A stretch of 30,372 nt of DNA from Octopus sinensis (taxonomy: Eukaryota): contig NW_021836274.1 in the NCBI RefSeq assembly GCF_006345805.1, forward strand, positions 1 through 30,372, in the 5' to 3' direction. The stretch's first letter is position 1. Each line of letters opens with the position of its first letter. This document shows, one piece after another, positions 23,030 through 30,372 of the stretch. The notes under the pieces were generated by a model that saw only the letters and a list, made by a program, of their open reading frames with translations, did no database searches and was not told the DNA's origin. The position numbers and the translations under genes are program-made.

Positions 23030-23066
<37 letters not shown>

Positions 23067-23076
23067 ATAAAATTTT

Positions 23077-23279
23077 ATAATTGTATACATAATTATAATC
23101 AGGTGTCGGCTAAGTGCCTCGCCACGTTCTGACTTAGAAATAGACGCTCATGTATTTACAACTAACTTAAGAATTTCTGAGATTCTTATGGGAGTTGAAA
23201 AGACATTAGCGTCTATTTCTAATTCAGTACGTGGCGAAGCACTTAGCTGACTCCTGATAATAATTATGTATATAATTAT
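23077..23279. repeat. 203-bp imperfect palindrome (101-bp arms, no indels)
   Basis: Arm 23077-23177 aligns ungapped to the reverse complement of 23179-23279 with 14 mismatches (manual count). Confidence 0.92.
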
Positions 23280-24007
23280 AGAATATTTTGTATAATTCAC
23301 AAAGAACAGGTTTATTAACGTACTGACTACTTGGTAAAATAAATATTAATTAATTAATTAATTAATTAATATTACCCTATATTATTTTTATATATGTACA
23401 TTTACATATATGTATCCATCCCCAAGTAAGTTTATACACACACACATATAATATATATATACATATATATACATATATATATGTATATACATATATATAT
23501 ATATATATATAGGCCATACAAAAAATAGCTTACGTAACAGGATGGCGGTGCATAAATCACAAATTAGAAACCCTGAATACCGGAAAATACCGGTCAGCGG
23601 ACACATAGATAGATGCGCTGCAAATGTAAATCCGAAATTTACAACTTACCCACTTTATAAATTCAGTGACAGCGTAACCCTCACGCAACGCCAAAATAAA
23701 GAACTTTATTTCATCAAAAAATTTAGACCAAGTTTGAACACCCTGGGCCAGGAATATTAAAACAAAACATTGGTCCTCCGAAACAGAGAAACGAAATTCT
23801 ACCACAACCACTACGACTGCCCCAACTCGCACTACTACTACAACCACCGTGGTCACTGTTGCTACGGCCACAGTGAGAGAATTATAATAATGGAGGTGGG
23901 GCGAATTACAATTTCTCAGATCCTTAAACAGTCACTCACGCTGACAGAGATATGTCTTAGGGAAGGAAAAATTTATAAAAAGATCTCTACTCTACGAGCA
24001 GATCTAA

Positions 24008-24442
24008 TTCTGATTCGTCAAAAAACTGATGACGTATTACCTCAGTGGTCAAGCTATTGTCACCCTGCTTGGTTGGTTTCCTCACACGATACAGCTATGG
24101 GTCAGACCCGATTCTGATTGGTCAAAACATTGATGACGTCTCGTTCTGCTGGACTAGCCACCTAACAGGATGATTGGTCAAAACATTGATGACGTCTCGT
24201 TCCGCTGGACTAGTCACCTAACAGGACACAGTCATGGGTCAGATCTAATGTCGATTCGTCAAAAAAATGATGACGTATTTCTTCCGTGGCCAAACTGTCG
24301 TTCCGCTTGGTAGGTTTCCTAACAGGATACAGTTGGGAGTCTTTTCGCTATATTCGTTGAGACTGAGTTTTGATTGGTTTGGAACTATATGACGTCAGTG
24401 AAACGTGCAAGTTACCACAGCTGAGCTGAGCTGATATAAACC
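24008..24442 (+). promoter_or_regulatory. Array of five GATT(G/C)G-N12-TGACGT units followed by a TATA-like box in the PLE 3' (pLTR) region
   Basis: GATTCGTCAAAAAACTGATGACGTA, GATTGGTCAAAACATTGATGACGTC (x2), GATTCGTCAAAAAAATGATGACGTA and GATTGGTTTGGAACTATATGACGTCA, then GATATAAA at ~24433. Four units in copy 1 (~9458-9790, minus strand). Function inferred. Confidence 0.5.
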
Positions 24443-24790
24443 CAACAATCACAAAATTCACCAAAATTATGCGAACAGACACCAACCAAAAATCATTACT
24501 GTTGCTCCCATTGGAACACAAGGTAAAATCTAAAATGAACTCGCCTTTTCAAGAACATGAATTTTTTATATTTGACTCTATTGAATGTATGTCACAATTA
24601 TGAACTACTACATCATACTCTTAAAACATATAGCATGGACTCTCTTTATTATATATGAATTTTTTATATTTGACTCTATTGAATATTATATCTCAATTTT
24701 TTATATTTGACTCTATTGAATATATGTCACAATTATGAACTATTACATCATACTCTTTAAACATATAGCATGAACTCACTTTATGATATA

Positions 24791-24845
24791 TAATTTTTTT
24801 TGATAAGGTTCGTCATTTCAAGAACCGAAACATGTTAAAAATTTA
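24791..24845 (+). ncRNA. Putative minimal type I hammerhead ribozyme (U3-A8 variant) at the 3' end of PLE copy 2
   Basis: UUUUU-UUGAUAA(24800-24806)-GGUUC...GAACC-GAAA(24827-24830)-CAUG-UU-AAAAA. Predicted cleavage after 24836. Confidence 0.62.
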
Positions 24846-25134
24846 AAATTTGTCTAATATAGCAGCATTTTCAAACTTCATTTTTTACAAATATATATAT
24901 AGAGAGAGAGTATATATATATACATACATAACATACATACATATACATACATATATATATACATACATACATACATACATACATACATACATACATACAT
25001 ACATACATACATACATCATTATATATATATATATATGTATTCTGGATCTTCAGATTTTTCTATACGCTAGGCCACTGTTTTTCAATTGATATTATCAAAT
25101 TAATATTCAATTTTTTACCCTTATTATTTAAATT

Positions 25135-25203
<69 letters not shown>

Positions 25204-25279
25204 TATATATATATCCTTAAATCCTTAAAAAAATTTTAGCCCGAAGGCCGCGCCATATATATATATATATATATATATA

Positions 25280-25770
25280 TACTTACTTTACTTTGATAGT
25301 TTTCGGCCAGTATTGGCCCATGATATGTCTAACTTAATAGCAGCACCTGGAGAAGTCATTCAAATCAGGATTCGGACAACATAACCCACTCAAGTAGAGA
25401 GTTATTTTTCAGAGACAAATCCGCGTGTAAGAAGGTTTATCCAGGATATCTTAAAGGAATTTGTCGAAAGACTTCTTGAACTTTATGTGGTCTGTTTGTG
25501 CTTACTGTGTTTTGGTATTATGTTAACGAGAGCAGGGCTAATTGAGGTGAAATAATTGTCCCCTATTGTTGTTATTAGATGCGAGTTTGATTTATGTTGT
25601 GGGTGGATAGCACGGGGTCCATGCCTTGTGCATGTCTTAAAGGTAATGCTAACATCATTTTGGTAATGTCGATGGAATATTTTCCACATCAGGCAGATGA
25701 CGTAGCTGTCACGGCGTCGTTGGAGAGAATAAGACTAAAGCTTTTCAAGTCGAACACAATAGTCAAGCAT
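25280..25770 (-). mobile_element. 3' remnant of a CR1/L2-type LINE (ORF2 C-terminus and tail)
   Basis: Minus-strand translation DYCVRLEKL*SYSLQRRRDSYVICLMWKIF...HGPRA...FTSISPALVNIIPK...FKKSFDKFL*DILDKP matches the typical ORF2 C-terminal pattern (YSLQRRR...WK...P.LFN.LP...FK..LDKFL...D.P). Confidence 0.8.
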
Positions 25771-25774
25771 TCAC

Positions 25775-25985
25775 AGACGAAATACCTATTTCTTTACTAC
25801 CCACAATGGGCTAAACACAGAAGGGACAAACAAGGACAGACAAACGGATTAAGTCGAATATATCGACCCCAGTGCGTAACTGGTATTTATTTAACTGACC
25901 CCGAAAGGATGAAAGGCAAAGTCGACCTCGGCGGAATTTGTACTCAAAACGTAGCGACGGGCGAATTACTGCTAAGTATTTCTTT
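25775..25985 (-). mobile_element. Family B SINE (5'-truncated)
   Basis: Reverse complement of the family B core and tail. Confidence 0.88.
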
Positions 25986-26123
25986 TCTACTCAAGGCACA
26001 AGGCCTGAAATGTTGGGGGAGGGAGCACAACCACCACTTTAACTACCACCGCAACCGATAATAAATATACCACCACTACCAACACTCCGCCAAGATTAAC
26101 ACCAACACAAAGTTACCATCAAT

Positions 26124-26341
26124 ACGTATTTCTTTACTACCCACAAGGAGCTAAACACAGAGAGGACAAACAAGGACAGATTATATCGACCTCAGTGCAT
26201 AACTGGTACTTATTTAATCGACCCCGAAAGGATGAACGGCAAAGTCGACCTCGGCGGAATTTGAACTCAGAACGTAGCGGCAGACGAAATACCGCTAAGC
26301 ATTTCGCCCTGCGTGCTGACGATTCTGCCAGCTCGCCGCCT
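26124..26341 (-). mobile_element. Family B SINE (full head)
   Basis: Ends in CTGCCAGCTCGCCGCC (reverse complement of the 5' end). Core and tail present. Inserted in a (CCA)-rich tract. Confidence 0.9.
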
Positions 26342-26344
26342 CAA

Positions 26345-26811
26345 TACCATCAATACCATTAGCAGTATCACCACTACTGCTACCATAATGAAGACTACCA
26401 TCAATGCCACAGCCTCCCCTAGCACTATTTACAACACTACCTTCGTCACCACCACCACCACAACCACCACGACCACCACCACCATTATAACCAGTGCCAG
26501 CTCAGCTCTTCCTGCCATCAATAAAACTACACCCTCTACAGCAACATCTTCCGAAACCGCCATTAACGGCAGCACAAGCGCCTCCTCCTCCCCTCCTCTT
26601 CCTCCTCCTCCTTCTGCTCCTCCACCACCACCACCACCACCATCATCACTATCCCACCCACGCCACATGTCTATCCTCTCATCCAAAATTTGATGTAACT
26701 CCGGACACTTGAAATTTTCAAGTGTAAATTCTCCTCCTCCTCCCTCTCCTCCTCCTCCTCATCATCATCACCATCATTACTATTATTGTTGTTTTTGTTG
26801 TTGCTGTTGTC

Positions 26812-26862
<51 letters not shown>

Positions 26863-26929
26863 TTTATCATTGCTATCTTTATTATTATTATCATTTTTAT
26901 CATTATTATTATTATTATTATCATTTTTA

Positions 26930-26984
<55 letters not shown>

Positions 26985-26995
26985 TATCCTTATTA
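26345..26995. repeat. (CCA)/(CCT)/(CAT)/(TTA) trinucleotide low-complexity region
   Basis: Directly visible. Confidence 0.9.
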
Positions 26996-27439
26996 TCTTC
27001 AAAAAATTTCTAGCATGGATGTGGGTGACATGGGTGAGGTGTGGTAATAAATAAGCAGGTGGACAGTTCCTCAGACAAGCTGACCCACTACCCGAAATTG
27101 GTGGCACTGTGGAACATAATGCAATAGCTGTATTATGTCCGCCGGCTATAATATGCCAAGAAGAACTCAAGTATATCATTCTGGCTGGCTTCAGAACGCG
27201 CTGAATATTTCTACAGAATCCATTTACCATTCTCAGAATGATTGTTTCGAATTTCTGCAATGGCTTTACATTTATATTTTTCAAAAAAAGAGTTGTCAAT
27301 AAAAATGGAAAGAAAAACCAAAGAAAAAAATTCTCACCAATTTTTATGTGGTTTTATTAAATACTTAATTTTCTTCGTGCATTATTATAAATTTGGTGTC
27401 TTCAAATTCCTCACACACATGTCCCTCCCCCCTCCATCC

Positions 27440-28205
<766 letters not shown>

Positions 28206-28329
28206 GTATACATTGGTGTGCTAGTCAATGCGTACTCCTTTATGTGTATACGTGTATGTTCATTTAATTTTCAAGACAGTAACATTGAATATACGTAGAA
28301 GTTACATATATTACGATTTACTGTTTTTC

Positions 28330-28331
<2 letters not shown>

Positions 28332-28408
<77 letters not shown>

Positions 28409-28428
28409 ATAATTATTATTATTATTAT
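28332..28428. repeat. (TTA)n microsatellite
   Basis: Directly visible. Confidence 0.95.
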
Positions 28429-28579
28429 TTTTGTTTTATGAAGTCATAATCGTCATGGTATAACTAAATCTTTGCCTTCATTACTATTCTCGTTTCTAAC
28501 TCTCTAATTAAGATAAATTCCTTCCGTGCTTTCGGGACAAGGGAGTTAAACTTAATAACAAATAAGACACATATTCATA

Positions 28580-28748
28580 TGCAGGAGTGGCTGTGTGGTA
28601 AGTAGCTTGCTAACCAACCACATGGTTCCGGGTTCAGTCCCACTGCGTGGCACCCTGGGCAAGTGTCTTCTCCTATAGCCCCGGGCCGACCAATGTCTTG
28701 TGAGTGGATTTGGTAGACGGAAACTGAAAGAAGCCTGTCGTATATATG

Positions 28749-28781
<33 letters not shown>

Positions 28782-28925
28782 ATGTGTTTGTGCTTGTGTG
28801 TGTTTGTCCCCCTAGCATTGCTTGACAACCGATGCTGGTGTGTTTACGTCCCCGTCACTTGGCGGTGCTCCAGCATGGCCGCAGTCAAATGCCTGAAACA
28901 AGTAAAAGAGTAAAGAATAAAGAGT
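28580..28925 (+). mobile_element. Family A CORE-type SINE with an internal deletion
   Basis: Head, body and tail as in other copies. The segment between CACTTAGCGG and GGCGGTGCTCC is missing. Confidence 0.92.
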
Positions 28926-29089
28926 ATATGATGGGTTAGCAATTTTCGGGCAACATGAATAGTCACGCTATGGATAGATTTACAGAGGACTGAAAAATAT
29001 TCACTGTGTCTGACTTACATATAACTAAGAAATGAAGATGCAAGCTTATAACATTTACCAGTAGATTTAGCTACAGGCAAACACAATCC

Positions 29090-29710
29090 CTGCAGTGGTT
29101 GAGTGGTAAGTAGCTTGCTTACCGACCACATAGTTCCGGGTTCAGTCCCACTGTGTGGCACCTTGGGCAAGTGTCTTCTGCTATAGCTTCAGGCCGACCA
29201 AAGCCTTGTGAGTGGAGTTTGTAGACGGAAACTGAAAGAAGCCCGTTTATATATATGTATGTGCTTATGTGTCTGTGTTTGTTCCCTCGCCATCACTTGA
29301 TAGTGTCTTCTGCTATAGCCTCAGGCCGACCAAAGCCTTGTGAGTGGAGTTCGTTGACGGAAACTGAAAGAAGCCCGTTTATATGTATGTATGTGCTTAT
29401 GTGTCTGTGTTTGTTCCCTCGCCATCACTTGATAGTGTCTTCTGCTATAGCCTCAGGCCGACCAAAGCCTTGTGAGTGGAGTTCGTAGACGGAAACTGAA
29501 AGAAGCCCGTTTATATATATGTATGTGCTTATGTGTCTGTGTTTCTTCCCTCGCCATCACTTGACAACTTATGTTGGTGCGTTTACGTCCCCCGTAACGT
29601 AGCGATTCGGCAAAAGGGACCGATAGAATAAGTGATAGGCTTACAAAGAATAAGTCCTGGGGGCGATTTGTTTAACTAAAGGTGGTGCTCCAGCATAGCC
29701 GCAAGAGTAA
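29090..29710 (+). mobile_element. Family A CORE-type SINE with an internal 132-bp triplication
   Basis: GTGTCTTCTGCTATAGC recurs at 29171, 29303 and 29435. Confidence 0.9.
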
Positions 29711-29959
29711 GCGCAAACATTTCATTGACCTCCCACCCCAGCCATAGTTAGGGATTTTGCAGCTGGAAAAACAAATGTGAGGTTTTGATTTACTTTGATA
29801 AAATCAAAACTTTAACTGGGTCATTAATTATTAAATATATGACCTAGATACGGCTCTAGCAAGAAATAAGTATATAAGCAATACAAGTACTCTATAAGGA
29901 AACCAGGGAGAATGTCAAATCATTCACTCAAACTTGAAACATTTATGCTGTCAGAAAAT

Positions 29960-30245
29960 ATCCGGAAAGCCCCACAGCTCTTCAATATCCTCCCATAAAG
30001 TCTGAGAGACCTGGTTGGCGTTGATGTAGGCTAATTCAAAACAAAACTAGATCTCCTTCTGTCAAAGAGTTCCGGATGATCCTACTACAAAGCAAGAAAC
30101 ACAGATGAGGGCAGCGACGTCAAACTCCCTCATCCACCTCAAGTCTCATATCAGAGGAGGTTTAGTGAAAGTGTAGCTAAGTAAATGGCGCTGCCCCAGC
30201 ATGGCCACAATCCTTGGACTGAAACTTAACAACAACAACAACAAA
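29960..30245 (+). mobile_element. 3' remnant of a CR1/L2-type LINE with tail and (AAC)n end
   Basis: APQLFNILP*SLRDLVGVDVG*FKTKLDLLLS/RVPDDPTTKQETQMRAATSNSLIH, then GGCGCTGCCCCAGCATGGCCACAATCCTTGGACTGAAAC (30187-30225) and (AAC)n. Confidence 0.8.
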
Positions 30246-30372
30246 GCTTTCTTTTTCCAATAAAGTGATACTTCCAAGATCACTGAAACAAAACAAAGCC
30301 TTCAACTCCGCTAATGTCAAGGTCAGCCCATGCTGCTTAGGCAACACCGTTTCTCAGATCTTGCAATTACGA

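Larger units (their letters stand above)
23510..24891 (+). mobile_element. Penelope-like retroelement (Neptune type), 5'-truncated copy 2
   Basis: Begins within the YIG motif (IGHTKNSLRNRMAVHKSQIRNPEY...KFRPSLNTLGQEY*, stop at 23760). Highly similar to the reverse complement of 8817-10292. Flanked by (TA)n. Confidence 0.92.

Noticed and set aside
24026-24032. CTGATGA as a hammerhead core (also ~9766-9772 minus; TTGATGAG at ~1000)
   Set aside because: No stem II followed by GAAA. The 24026 and 9766 hits are part of the TGACGT repeat units.
27055-27260. Possible exon or highly decayed CR1-type LINE remnant
   Set aside because: Stops in the plausible plus-strand frames and only a faint resemblance (EELK...FR..L.IFLQ). 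Too weak to call.

Overview
AT-rich eukaryotic intergenic or intronic DNA, most likely from an Octopus-type cephalopod (inferred from the SINE families and the extreme microsatellite load). No intact host gene can be supported; nearly all listed ORFs are translations of microsatellites, minisatellites or SINEs. The window holds: three tRNA-derived SINE families (many copies, some nested, dimeric or internally amplified); a palindromic mariner derivative, a Tc1/mariner-pogo-type MITE and a probable hAT MITE; three CR1/L2-type LINE 3' remnants whose tail matches the tail of one SINE family; a (TAA)n-flanked retroelement 3' end; and two inverted, 5'-truncated Penelope-like elements (PLE, Neptune type, GIY-YIG endonuclease). 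The most interesting signal is a set of non-coding modules embedded in (TA)n arrays that carry minimal type I hammerhead ribozyme (HHR) folds. There are seven complete motifs and one half: three in a 681-bp tandem array, two in related ~450-650-bp elements and two at the PLE 3' ends. Three motifs read as U3-A8 core variants. Long hairpin elements and a shared TAGAAATA(G) motif accompany them. Together they suggest a PLE-driven, TA-targeted family of retrozyme-like non-autonomous elements. All folds were read by eye; none was computed or tested.
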